From IMG/VR virus record IMGVR_UViG_3300045953_000067: DNA of 64,000 nucleotides. One strand, given 5' to 3'. The translations under genes were made by a program, and so were the position numbers. This document shows, piece by piece, positions 27,290 to 36,671 of the stretch. Below the pieces are notes generated by a model. That model worked only from the letters and a program-made list of their open reading frames with translations, had not been told where the DNA came from and ran no database searches. The DNA comes from an uncultured virus (IMG/VR IMGVR_UViG_3300045953_000067). Taxonomy: Duplodnaviria; Heunggongvirae; Uroviricota; Caudoviricetes. Within the stretch, counting starts at the first letter, position 1. Each line of letters opens with the position of its first letter.

Positions 27290-27564
27290 GCGAGCGAGAG
27301 CAGGAGCCGCACGAGGACGCAGGCAGGGAAGGAGTAGCACGCATGGCGAAATGGTTTTGGTCGCTGCGTCGGCATCGCTGGGGTCTGTGGACGATTCACA
27401 AGCGCGACAATGAGGGGCTCGCGAGAGCGTTTACTGGAGAGGTGTCGTGGGTCCAGCGTAGGCGCTGTGAGGATTGCGGCTTGATACAGGAAGTCTCGCT
27501 AGATCCGCAGTATCAAGACGTGGCGTGTTGGGCCTCCCGCGGTGATCAGGAGCAGGGAGAATAA
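27286..27564 (+). CDS. Hypothetical protein (HRW..RCEDCG)
   Basis: ORF with Zn-like motif. Confidence 0.5.
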   Translation: MSEREQEPHEDAGREGVARMAKWFWSLRRHRWGLWTIHKRDNEGLARAFTGEVSWVQRRRCEDCGLIQEVSLDPQYQDVACWASRGDQEQGE

Positions 27565-27727
27565 TGACAGACCAAGGCGCGCGCAAACTCGTCTCGTGGA
27601 TGTGGTTCGCGTCGTTGATTGGCATCGCCGGGGCTTATGGTCTCGGCGCGGCTTCGCTGGCGCTCTTTGTCGCGTTGACGTTGGACGAGCTAGTCGAAGA
27701 CTTTAGGCGCGGCGATCAGGAGCAGGC

Positions 27728-27946
27728 ATGAGCGAACCGCGCTGGATGACGCCACAAGAAGTGGCCGTCATGGCTGGGTTCTCAGACAGTTTCATCCGGG
27801 CCGAGATCAAGGCCGGTGAATTGCCGGCGGTGTTAGTGCGGTCACAGTCCAAGCCGCGGCAGCGGGGCCGGTGGCGTATCGCTCGAGCGGACGCTGTGGC
27901 GTATGTCCAGCGTCTCGGTGTCCAGCACCACACACAGCGCACATAG
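27728..27946 (+). CDS. HTH_17/Xis-like DNA-binding protein, candidate late regulator
   Basis: WMTPQEVA..IKAGELPA..WRI. Confidence 0.8.
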   Translation: MSEPRWMTPQEVAVMAGFSDSFIRAEIKAGELPAVLVRSQSKPRQRGRWRIARADAVAYVQRLGVQHHTQRT

Positions 27947-27996
27947 CGCACAGACGGCGCAACCCACTGCCGTCTAGACTGACTCTCTTTCATACT
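27931..27996 (+). promoter_or_regulatory. Tandem ~9-bp repeats plus -10 box CATACT
   Basis: cacagcgca/catagcgca/cagacggcgca then CATACT 8 nt before GTG. Confidence 0.5.
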
Positions 27997-28004
27997 GCCA
28001 GTTA

Positions 28005-28319
28005 GTGAAAACCCGCGAGTTGGGCCGTGCGGATCTCGCCCAGTTGGCGGCGATCTATGTGGCGCTCCCACTGGCGCGACGTGACGCCTGGCTGTCGAGG
28101 CTGACGCCGGAGGTGCGGATCCGCATTGCCAGCCGAGCCCGGCACGGGGTGACGTACACCGGATCCGGCCAGCAGACGGCCGAGGCGTATCTGGCCCCGA
28201 TCCATCAGGGGGCAGTGCGGGCAGCCGCGACACGGCGAGCGCGTCTGACGCAGGCCGATCGGGCGCGGGAGATTGACGACGCCATGGCCGCCAAACTGAA
28301 CGAAAGGAAACACGCGTGA
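28005..28319 (+). CDS. Hypothetical protein
   Basis: First gene of the late accessory cluster. Confidence 0.55.
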   Translation: MKTRELGRADLAQLAAIYVALPLARRDAWLSRLTPEVRIRIASRARHGVTYTGSGQQTAEAYLAPIHQGAVRAAATRRARLTQADRAREIDDAMAAKLNERKHA

Positions 28320-28798
28320 AGAAGTACTACGCTCTGGTGAGTCTGTGTCTGCTCCTGCCTGTGGTGGCGTCGGCGCAGACGTCCATTGACGCGGGCAAGG
28401 CGTTCAAAGTCATGCTGACGCACGACGGCGTGAACGCCTCCGAGTATCAGATCACCCTGGATCCCCCCGGCACGACAGCCCCGAACATTGTGCAGACGGT
28501 GCCAGCCTCGGCTCGAGATACCGCTACGGGGGATGTCACCTTTGACGTGCCGGCGCAGACGTCGGCGGGCAGTTGGACGGTCACGGGCTGTGCCCGCAAC
28601 GTGGATCCGCTGAAGGTGGCCCAGACGGCGACGGCGTGTACCACGGCGCTGGCCTTCTCGGTGGTGATCCCGAAGATGCCGAGCCCCACGCTGCCGACGA
28701 TCCGGATCTCGGGCACGCTCACCATGGCCAATGGCCAGGTGCAGCCGTTCACGGCCACGGTGGACGCTATCACGCTGGCGCTGCCGGCGGTGAAGTAA
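28316..28798 (+). CDS. Signal-peptide Fn3/Ig-like protein
   Basis: MKK..ASA|Q; beta-sandwich pattern, Cys pair. Confidence 0.7.
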   Translation: MKKYYALVSLCLLLPVVASAQTSIDAGKAFKVMLTHDGVNASEYQITLDPPGTTAPNIVQTVPASARDTATGDVTFDVPAQTSAGSWTVTGCARNVDPLKVAQTATACTTALAFSVVIPKMPSPTLPTIRISGTLTMANGQVQPFTATVDAITLALPAVK

Positions 28799-29347
28799 GT
28801 GCGCCACGCTCACCGAACCCTGCTCGTTCTCGCGCTCGCCCTGCTGGTGCTGGCCCCGCTCCATGCGCGTGGCGTCGTGCTCTCCACGGCCCAGCGCAAC
28901 GCGCTCAAGGCTGACATTCTCGCCAACTCCGACGCGCTGGCGATCTACACCGTCGGCAACCTCGAGGCTTTAGCGGCGCTCTACAACGCCAATGCCTCGC
29001 CGGCCTTCACGGTCTGGAAGTCCAACGTCAGCATCAATGCCGTCGGGAAAGCCTTCAACGGCTCCGAGCTCGCCGGCCTGACGTCGGCCAACCAGACACG
29101 GCTGCAAACCATCGCGTTGTATCTGCAGGACGGCGTGAACCCGTCCATTGCCAGCAACCGCGCGTTCTTCGATGACGTGTTCAGCGGGGCGAGTGGCGCC
29201 AACACGCGGGCGGCGCTGCTGGCGCTCTGGAAGCGGGCCGCGACACGCCTCGAGAAGCTGTTCGCGACGGGCACGGGTTCAGATGCCTCGCCGGGGCTCT
29301 TGGTGGTCGAGGGCTCGATCTCTCCCGATGATCTGATCGGGCTGTAG
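28799..29347 (+). CDS. Putative virion protein with hydrophobic leader
   Basis: Signal-like N-terminus, then helical domain. Confidence 0.65.
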   Translation: MRHAHRTLLVLALALLVLAPLHARGVVLSTAQRNALKADILANSDALAIYTVGNLEALAALYNANASPAFTVWKSNVSINAVGKAFNGSELAGLTSANQTRLQTIALYLQDGVNPSIASNRAFFDDVFSGASGANTRAALLALWKRAATRLEKLFATGTGSDASPGLLVVEGSISPDDLIGL

Positions 29348-29351
29348 ACGA

Positions 29352-29834
29352 ATGGCCGACTATCCCACCAAGCAATTCGTCGGCTCGGCGGTCACGGTCA
29401 TCAGCACCAGCACGGACATTGCCTCCGGCAACTTCTCTGGTGCGCCGGCCTCGACGTTCTCCAACGACGATGCGACCTACCCGAACGCGCCCTATGCCAA
29501 TGCAATGGCGGAGTTCCCGGATTGGGCGGCGGCTCCCGTCGCGGGCACAGTGGTCGAGCTCTGGGGGCTGCTGAAGGACACCGACGGGACGGACGACGAC
29601 ACGGACGCCCCGTCAGGCTCGGCGCCCGGTGGCGCGCGGTATTTCGGATCCTGGGTGATTGCGGCGGCCGACGCCCTCCAGCGTCGGACGATCGTGATCT
29701 CGCTGGCGGGGATCGGCAACGGCATCGACGTCGATTTCTACATCCGCAACGGCACGGCCCAGAACATGAACAACGACGGCGGCACCAGTGCGGTTGTGAA
29801 GATCACGCCCTGGACCTACGGGATCACGGTGTAA
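29352..29834 (+). CDS. Putative virion beta-sandwich protein
   Basis: Composition and position. Confidence 0.65.
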   Translation: MADYPTKQFVGSAVTVISTSTDIASGNFSGAPASTFSNDDATYPNAPYANAMAEFPDWAAAPVAGTVVELWGLLKDTDGTDDDTDAPSGSAPGGARYFGSWVIAAADALQRRTIVISLAGIGNGIDVDFYIRNGTAQNMNNDGGTSAVVKITPWTYGITV

Positions 29835-30695
29835 ATGGCGGTTATCTCTGTTCCATTCGTCCCACAGGTGACGCCCCTTCGGCCGGCGCAGCCGTCTGCT
29901 GGGGTGAAGCTGGAGGCGCAGTGGCACGACGTCTGGGATCAGACGCGCGGGCTGCTGTTCTACTGGAACGATCCGATCGCCTCAGTGAACCAGATCCGGC
30001 CGCTGACGCAACTCCCTCGGCTCGCGAGCACGGTCACGAACGGCACGCAGTTCGGTCTCGGGCTGAACTGCACGGCCAACAACCGGGGCGCTCGCGTGGC
30101 CTCGCCGGCGTATCTCAACGGCCTGCTCCCGGTGTCCTTGATGGCGGTCTGGTGGCAGGTGGCGGCGCCGGCCAACTCGTCAGAAATCTTCTGTGTCACG
30201 TACACGAACACGGACACGACGCCGTTCATGCAATACAAGATCGGCTACACCAACACGGGCGTCTACGACGGCGGATGGAATGACGGCGCGACTCTGCGGC
30301 ACGTCACGGGCTCCGGAGCCCCCGCGAACACCCGGCTGCATGTGGGCGTGTTCACGATCGTCAACGGGGCACAGTTCCTGTACCTCGACGGCGTGCAGGC
30401 GGCGTCGGACACTCGAGCGGCGAGCGCCGCCATTTCTGTGACGCCGCAGATCGGGATCGGCTGTGCGTCGTCGGACATCACCACGCGCAATCCAGGCTGT
30501 CATGTGCTCGAGGCGCGGATTTACAACCGGGCGCTGACGGCGTTTGAGGCGCGCGAGTACTCGCGGCGGTGGGCTGAACTGGCGAACCTGCCGATCCCGG
30601 AACTCTCGGTGGCGCTGTCGATCGGCTCTGGAGGGGTCACGTATCCGCGTCTCGAGCGTCGGCACGGGCGCGGCGTGTTGCGAGGAGCGGCGTAG
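29835..30695 (+). CDS. LamG/ConA-like lectin domain protein
   Basis: LHVGV..LYLDG..IGIG..EARIYNRALT. Confidence 0.8.
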   Translation: MAVISVPFVPQVTPLRPAQPSAGVKLEAQWHDVWDQTRGLLFYWNDPIASVNQIRPLTQLPRLASTVTNGTQFGLGLNCTANNRGARVASPAYLNGLLPVSLMAVWWQVAAPANSSEIFCVTYTNTDTTPFMQYKIGYTNTGVYDGGWNDGATLRHVTGSGAPANTRLHVGVFTIVNGAQFLYLDGVQAASDTRAASAAISVTPQIGIGCASSDITTRNPGCHVLEARIYNRALTAFEAREYSRRWAELANLPIPELSVALSIGSGGVTYPRLERRHGRGVLRGAA

Positions 30696-30698
30696 GCC

Positions 30699-32054
30699 GT
30701 GAACTTCCTCAGCAAGTACGGCGTCGCCAGACACATTTACGTGCCGATCGTAAAGCGCGCGGTTGTTGATTTCGCGGTCGGCGCGGACTGGACCCCTGCC
30801 GCTGGGGATTGCAAAATATCCAAGGATGGCGGCGCGGCGGCGAACGTGACGAACCTGCCGACGGCGATCACGATGGGCAATACGGCGATGTGGGATTTCT
30901 CGCTGACCGCCACAGAGATGGAGGCCGCGCAGGTCGTCGTGATGGTCGCGGATTCGGCGACGAAGGTCGTCGAGGATCAGTCGTTTCTCATTGAGACGTA
31001 CGGGAACGCGAGCGGACAGCACGCCGTCGACCTCGACGATGGGGTCCGTGCGGGACTGACGGCGCTCCCAAACGCGGCCGCAGAAGCCGCCGGCGGGCTC
31101 TACACGCGCGGGAGCGGCGCCGGCCAGATCAACCAGCCGGCGAACGGCATGATCGACGCGAACGTCGTGCGGAACGCGGGATCGGCCATCGTCGCGTCGG
31201 GCGGGCGCCAGGAAGTCAACGTCTCCCACTTTGGCGGCAGCGCGGGCACGTTTGCGTCAGGGCGGCCGGAGGTCAACACGACGCATTGGCGCGGGACCGC
31301 GGCCCCAGCGGAGCACACGGCCGGCTATCCCATCGTGACGATCAAGGACGGGACTGGAACGGGCGAGCTCGCGACGACTTCAGGGGCGATCGACACGGTC
31401 ACGACCTTGACGAATGCGCCGCCGGACTCGGCGGGCGTGACGACCCTGCTCTCGCGGATCCCGTCGGCGCTCTTCTCGGGGATCACGTCGCTCGCGCAGT
31501 GGCTCGGGCTGCTGGCTGGGAAGCAGGTCGGGAACTCGACGGCGCGCACGGAGATCCGGGCGACTGGCGCTGGGAGCGGGACGTTCGACGAGACGACCGA
31601 CTCGCTCGAGGCCACGCGGGACAACATCGGCACGACGGGCGCGGCGCTCTCGCTGGCGAAGGGCGCGCAGATCACGGGGTTCAATGACCTCTCGGCCGCT
31701 CAGGTGAACACGGAAGCGGACACGGCGCTCGCCGACGTGGGCGTGACGACGACGGTCACGGGCCGGATCGACGTGGCGGTGAGTTCCAGAGCGACGCCGG
31801 CTCAGGTGAACGCGGAAGTCCTCGACGTGCTGAACGTGGACACGTTCGCCGAGCCTGGTCAGGAAGCGCCGCCGGCGACGACGACGCTCGTGAAAAAAAT
31901 TGGGTGGTTGTACAAGGCGTTCAGGAACCGAGTCACTCAGGACGCGACCACGATGAAGATTTACGCGGATGACGGGACGACCGTCGACGCGAAAGCGACG
32001 GTCAGTGATAACGGGACTACGTACGACCGGAACGAGGTCGTTTCAGGGCCATGA
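30699..32054 (+). CDS. Putative fibre-like virion protein
   Basis: ISKDGGA N-domain, AQVNxE repeats, Gly/Thr/Ala-rich. Confidence 0.7.
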   Translation: MNFLSKYGVARHIYVPIVKRAVVDFAVGADWTPAAGDCKISKDGGAAANVTNLPTAITMGNTAMWDFSLTATEMEAAQVVVMVADSATKVVEDQSFLIETYGNASGQHAVDLDDGVRAGLTALPNAAAEAAGGLYTRGSGAGQINQPANGMIDANVVRNAGSAIVASGGRQEVNVSHFGGSAGTFASGRPEVNTTHWRGTAAPAEHTAGYPIVTIKDGTGTGELATTSGAIDTVTTLTNAPPDSAGVTTLLSRIPSALFSGITSLAQWLGLLAGKQVGNSTARTEIRATGAGSGTFDETTDSLEATRDNIGTTGAALSLAKGAQITGFNDLSAAQVNTEADTALADVGVTTTVTGRIDVAVSSRATPAQVNAEVLDVLNVDTFAEPGQEAPPATTTLVKKIGWLYKAFRNRVTQDATTMKIYADDGTTVDAKATVSDNGTTYDRNEVVSGP

Positions 32055-32443
32055 ACCTGGACACGCGATCGAAGCGGGCGTCGTCGTGCGGGATCCTCCT
32101 GGCGTTCCTGCTGCATCCGGTCGCGCCGGACGGGGCGATCGACGCGACCGACCGGCCGCACATTGCCTGGAGTTATTCGGGTGTGTCGTCGGGGATTACC
32201 CCGGCGACCTCGATGCTCGCGGGCGGGATCGTACGGACCCCGATCGTCACGGGCGGGGTCATCACTGGCACGCCGATCGCCGGTGGCATCGTGACGCCGC
32301 AGCCGACGGCGGGCGGGGTCGTGGCGCAGATGGTCGCGGGGGGCATCGTGACGCCGACACCAGTCGCGGGCGGCATTGTGACGGGAACACCGATCGCGGG
32401 CGGCATCCTGACCCCGACGCCGACGGCAGACGGAGCCTACTGA
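32051..32443 (+). CDS. Protein with ~10-aa AGGIVTxTPx tandem repeats
   Basis: About seven repeats. Confidence 0.7.
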   Translation: MNLDTRSKRASSCGILLAFLLHPVAPDGAIDATDRPHIAWSYSGVSSGITPATSMLAGGIVRTPIVTGGVITGTPIAGGIVTPQPTAGGVVAQMVAGGIVTPTPVAGGIVTGTPIAGGILTPTPTADGAY

Positions 32444-32853
32444 TGGCCGAAGAGACGAACTACACCGACGACGATCACTGGTTCATCGGGGAAGACAAAC
32501 GGCATCGGATCGGCGGCGGATCCGGGAAGCACATCCTCGTCCATCCAGGCGGCGGCGGCGCGGCGGTCGTCGACATCTCCGGATGGCTGATCCACAACGC
32601 GCAGCGGGTCAGCGTGGACGACGCGAACGCGGTCTTCACGATCCCGACGGACGGCGGGACGATCACGATCGGCGGGGTCTACAACGCGAGCCAGGGCAGT
32701 AACACGCAGTACGTCGAATCGTTCATGCCGGACAACCTGACGGGCCTTCACACGCCCGGGACGAAGGCGTGGGCCTTCAAGCGGATGGACGCCGACCAGG
32801 AGACGGTCTTCGCCTTCGGGACGGTCCCGTGGCGCAATGCGGCGGTTCACTGA
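32443..32853 (+). CDS. BppU-like Ig-fold adaptor (putative)
   Basis: FIGEDK..VDISGW pattern. Confidence 0.5.
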   Translation: MAEETNYTDDDHWFIGEDKRHRIGGGSGKHILVHPGGGGAAVVDISGWLIHNAQRVSVDDANAVFTIPTDGGTITIGGVYNASQGSNTQYVESFMPDNLTGLHTPGTKAWAFKRMDADQETVFAFGTVPWRNAAVH

Positions 32854-32854
32854 G

Positions 32855-33184
32855 ATGCAGACGATCCAGCCAGGCGAGCGCGTCGCTGTTCCTCTCGAGG
32901 GGGTCGTCCTCCGTCTACCCTCCGACGTCTGGTGGACACCTGTGAAGGTGAAGCCGCACGAGGCGGTCTCGGTTGGGGTCGGAGTGACGAAGCTCACGGA
33001 GACGGACAGTCGGCGGCCGAACATCACGGTCACGGTGGAGCAGAGCGAGGAGGCCGGCACGCTCCTCCGGGTACAGGGCGCACCAGGCGAGGCCGGGGGC
33101 GTGATCATCTCCTACGAGTACCCCAAGGGCTTTTGGACGATGAAGGGGTTCAAGGTGGAGATCGTAGGGGCGGGCCAGGCATGA
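32855..33184 (+). CDS. Small beta protein, paralog 1
   Basis: N-terminus similar to 33363-33734. Confidence 0.6.
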   Translation: MQTIQPGERVAVPLEGVVLRLPSDVWWTPVKVKPHEAVSVGVGVTKLTETDSRRPNITVTVEQSEEAGTLLRVQGAPGEAGGVIISYEYPKGFWTMKGFKVEIVGAGQA

Positions 33185-33363
33185 CCAGGCGAGCCGTGCT
33201 GTCGCTGCTCTGCGGGGCCGGGGCTCGGTCTGCGCCGACTCCTCCTGTTGCACTGAAGCCGGTCGCCGTCGTGGTGGATGGCGACCTGATGACAACCGCG
33301 TGGGCGAACGCGGTCGCCGAGGCCATCAACGCGCTCGTGCAGAGGTCAGGTGGGGCGCACTGA
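33181..33363 (+). CDS. Small protein with twin-Arg-like N-terminus
   Basis: MTRRAVL; GDLMTTAWANAVAEAINAL. Confidence 0.55.
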   Translation: MTRRAVLSLLCGAGARSAPTPPVALKPVAVVVDGDLMTTAWANAVAEAINALVQRSGGAH

Positions 33364-33734
33364 TGCGCACGGTAAACCCTGGGGAAATCGTGACGCTCCC
33401 CGCCGAAGGCGCCGTCCTCGGCCTGCCGTTCGATTTGTGGTGCGCCCCGTTCGGTGTGGAGCCCATCGGCGCGCGGGTAGACATCGAGGCGTCCGGGGTC
33501 AGGGCCTCGCTGGTGCAGCACGCCACAGGCCAGCGCGTGACCTTTGTACGGGTCGAGGGCGGGCGTCCAGGGCCAGTCTATTACGTGCACGTATCCTTCA
33601 CGCCACGGAAGGGGCAGGCCACACGACAGACGTTCCCCGTACGCGTCGAAGGCTCACACGAGAACACTCCAGCGGACACGAGCGTCGCCGGCTGGCGCAA
33701 GCGGTTCGATGAACAACGCGAACAACGGGGATAG
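33363..33734 (+). CDS. Small beta protein, paralog 2
   Basis: MRTVNPGEIVTLPAEGAVLGLP. Confidence 0.6.
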   Translation: MRTVNPGEIVTLPAEGAVLGLPFDLWCAPFGVEPIGARVDIEASGVRASLVQHATGQRVTFVRVEGGRPGPVYYVHVSFTPRKGQATRQTFPVRVEGSHENTPADTSVAGWRKRFDEQREQRG

Positions 33735-33757
33735 GGGTGGGGCGGGGTGGAGTGCCG

Positions 33758-33872
33758 TAGGTTCTTCCGGCCCAACACCTTGGGCGGGTGGTTCGGCGAC
33801 CGAAAACCAACTAGGTTCCACGGTGGTTGACGGTTGACTTTCAGAGGGTGACAGGTGAGCACGGCGGTTGAC
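33758..33872 (+). other. Putative cos region
   Basis: ggttcttccgg..gcggg..ggcgacc resembles lambda cosQ/cosN; GGTTGAC repeats at 33825, 33832, 33866; upstream of terS. Confidence 0.55.
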
Positions 33873-34466
33873 ACTCCCGGATCGGGCTCGTTCGCGGACT
33901 ACGCCAAGCATCGAGGCGTCAGTCGGAACGCGGTCTCGAAAGCCCTGAAGAAGGGCTGGCTCGCCGAGGCGCTCGGCGACCGGGGCGGGCGACCGTTCGT
34001 CCGGGACTTCGCCGCGGCGGATCGGTCCTGGGACGCGCATTCCGACAAGACCCGGGCCTCGATCCGGGAGAAGGAGCGGCCGGACTCGAGCGCGGCTCTG
34101 CCGGATGCTGACCGCACGCGTGGTCCAGAGGTGCACGTCGTCGAGCCTGAGGAGCAGCCTCCGGTCCTGTCGCCGGCGATGTCGCTGACGGACGCGACGA
34201 AGGCCGACAAGTACTGGTCGGCGATGCGGAAGAAGCAGGAGTTCGAGAAGGCCTCCGGCGAGCTCGTGCACGCAGCCGATCGGGATCTCGCGGAAACGAC
34301 CCGGATCGCGTTCGCGAAGACGAAGATCCTCGCCGTGCCGAGCCGGATCAAGGCGGGTCTGCCGCACTTGTCGCATTCGGACATCGCGACGATCGCCGGG
34401 CTGCTGCGAGAGGCGCTCGAGGAACTCGGCACGCCGTCGCCGCCCGCGAAGGGAGCGGCCGCGTGA
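33855..34466 (+). CDS. terS: Terminase small subunit (Nu1-like)
   Basis: N-terminal HTH (YAKHRGVSRNAVSKA), GELV..LAVPSRI..EALEEL. Confidence 0.85.
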   Translation: MSTAVDTPGSGSFADYAKHRGVSRNAVSKALKKGWLAEALGDRGGRPFVRDFAAADRSWDAHSDKTRASIREKERPDSSAALPDADRTRGPEVHVVEPEEQPPVLSPAMSLTDATKADKYWSAMRKKQEFEKASGELVHAADRDLAETTRIAFAKTKILAVPSRIKAGLPHLSHSDIATIAGLLREALEELGTPSPPAKGAAA

Positions 34467-36448
34467 TCCCGGCGCTCGACTCTCCCGTGATGTCGGCCTG
34501 GCTGGCGCCGCGACGGTTGAAGCTCTCGGATTGGGCTGATGAGTTCTTCTACCTGTCCGCCGAGTCGGCCGCGGAGCCGGGACGCTGGAAGACGCTCCCG
34601 TACCAGCGCGGGCCGATGGACGCGATCACGGATCCGCTCGTCGAGTCGGTCGCCTTCATGAAGTCGGCGCGGGTCGGCTACACGAAGATGCTGAACGCGA
34701 CGGTCGGGTACTACATGCACAACGATCCGTGTCCGATCATGATCGTCCAGCCGACGATCGAGGACGCGGAGGGGTATTCGAAGGAAGAGATCGCGCCGAT
34801 GCTCCGGGACTGCCGGGCGCTGACGCCGCTCGTCTCGGATCCGAAGTCGAAGGACGGCGAGAACACGATCCTGCACAAGCTGTTCCCTGGCGGGTCGCTG
34901 TCGATGGTCGGGGCGAACAGCGCGCGCGGGTTCCGGCGCGTCTCGCGAAAGGTCGTCGGGTTCGACGAGACCGACGGGTATCCTCCATCGGCCGGCACGG
35001 AAGGCGATCAGATCAAGCTCGGCATCCGCCGGACGGAGTACTACTGGGACCGCAAGATCATTTACGGGAGCACGCCGACGATCGCCGGGCTGAGCCGGAT
35101 CGAGCGGTTGTTTCAGGCGGGCGACCAGCGACGCTACTACGTGCCGTGTACGCAGTGCGGCGCGATGGACTATCTCACGTTTCGCCGCGAGACGACGGAA
35201 GACGGGGAGCCACGCGGGCATTTCATGCACTGGCCGAAGGATCAGCCGGCGCGCGCGCACTTCATCTGCCGGACCTGTGGCGGGGTTATCGATCACAAGG
35301 ACAAGCGAGCGATCGTCGAGGCCGGCGAGTGGCGGGCGTCAGCCCCGTTCAACGGGCACGCGTCGTTCCATATCTGGGCGGCCTACAGTTACTCGCCGAA
35401 TGCCACGTGGGGGCATCTCGCCGCGGAGTTCCTCGAGGCGAACGCGGGCGGACCCGAGCAACTGAAGACGTTCGTCAACACGGTCCTCGGCGAAACGTGG
35501 CAGGAGCGCGGCGAGGCGCCTGAATGGGAACGGCTCTATCACCGGCGCGAGGACTACGAGATCGGGACGTGTCCCGCGGGCGTGCTCTTCCTGACGGCCG
35601 GCGTCGACGTCCAGAAGACGCGGCTCGTGTACGAGGTCGTCGGCTGGGGGCGCGGGAAGCGGTCGTGGTCGGTCGACTACGGGATCCTCGAGGGCGACAC
35701 GTCCGACGAGTCGGAGACGGGCCCGTGGTTCGACCTGAACGCGCTCCTCGCGCGGTCGTATCAGTCGGCGCTCGGCGTCATGCTGCCGATCCTCCGGCTC
35801 GCGGTCGATTCCGGCTTCAACACGCAGGTCGTCTACAACTGGGCGCGACAGCATCCGCTCTCGCGGGTCATCGCTGTGAAGGGCGTCGACACCGGGAGCG
35901 TGCTCATCGGGACGCCGTCCGTCGTCGACGTGTCGGCGAAGGGCCAGAAGTTGAAGCGGGGGTATCGGGTCTGGCCGGTCGTCGGGAGCATCGCGAAGTC
36001 GGAGCTCTACGGCTGGCTCAAACTGGGCCGCCCGACGGACGAAGCGCGCGAGGTCGGCGCGACCGAGCCTCCCGGGTTCTGTGCGTTCCCGATGCACGGT
36101 GAGGACTACTTCAAGCAACTGACGGCGGAACAACTTGTGAAGCGGTCGACCCGCACCGGGTTCGTCAAGCTGACCTGGGAGCCGATCCCGGGCCGCGAGA
36201 ACCACGTGCTCGACTGCCGGGTGTATGCACGGGCGGCCGCGGCGGTCGTCGGGATCGATCGGTTCCAGGAGTCGGACTGGCGGAAGCTCGAGGCCGGCGC
36301 GGGCGGCGTGCAGCCGACCGTCCGTCAGGGGCAACCGACGCCGCGTCCGGCGACGCGGGACACGGCGCCGACCTCGGCGCGGGCGACACCAGGGAAAACG
36401 CAGGGCTGGCTCGGCGGCGGTCGTGGGTCGTGGCTGAAGGGACGGTAA
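34463..36448 (+). CDS. terL: Terminase large subunit, GpA family
   Basis: KSARVGYT, FDETD, GSTPT, GVDVQ, AVDSG, NHVLDCRVY. Confidence 0.95.
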   Translation: MIPALDSPVMSAWLAPRRLKLSDWADEFFYLSAESAAEPGRWKTLPYQRGPMDAITDPLVESVAFMKSARVGYTKMLNATVGYYMHNDPCPIMIVQPTIEDAEGYSKEEIAPMLRDCRALTPLVSDPKSKDGENTILHKLFPGGSLSMVGANSARGFRRVSRKVVGFDETDGYPPSAGTEGDQIKLGIRRTEYYWDRKIIYGSTPTIAGLSRIERLFQAGDQRRYYVPCTQCGAMDYLTFRRETTEDGEPRGHFMHWPKDQPARAHFICRTCGGVIDHKDKRAIVEAGEWRASAPFNGHASFHIWAAYSYSPNATWGHLAAEFLEANAGGPEQLKTFVNTVLGETWQERGEAPEWERLYHRREDYEIGTCPAGVLFLTAGVDVQKTRLVYEVVGWGRGKRSWSVDYGILEGDTSDESETGPWFDLNALLARSYQSALGVMLPILRLAVDSGFNTQVVYNWARQHPLSRVIAVKGVDTGSVLIGTPSVVDVSAKGQKLKRGYRVWPVVGSIAKSELYGWLKLGRPTDEAREVGATEPPGFCAFPMHGEDYFKQLTAEQLVKRSTRTGFVKLTWEPIPGRENHVLDCRVYARAAAAVVGIDRFQESDWRKLEAGAGGVQPTVRQGQPTPRPATRDTAPTSARATPGKTQGWLGGGRGSWLKGR

Positions 36449-36452
36449 GGCG

Positions 36453-36671
36453 ATGGCATTCACAGCGGAAGACGTCGAGGCGCTCGAGCGGGCGATCGCG
36501 GACGGGCGCGGGGCGAAGACGATGACGTTCGGCGATCAGTCGGTCACGTTCAACTCGATCGCGGACATGCTCGCCCTCCGCGACAAGATGCTCGGCATCG
36601 TGGCGGCTGAAGAAGCGGCGGCGACCGGCACGAGCCGGACCCGGTTCGCGGCGACGAGTAAAGGCGTATGA
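36453..36671 (+). CDS. Head completion protein gpW-like
   Basis: LERAIADG..V.F.S..DM; between terL and portal. Confidence 0.8.
   Translation: MAFTAEDVEALERAIADGRGAKTMTFGDQSVTFNSIADMLALRDKMLGIVAAEEAAATGTSRTRFAATSKGV

Noticed and set aside
31890..31903. A-run as a frameshift site in the 451-aa gene
   Set aside because: Not a canonical in-frame heptamer; the -1 frame stops after about 25 codons.
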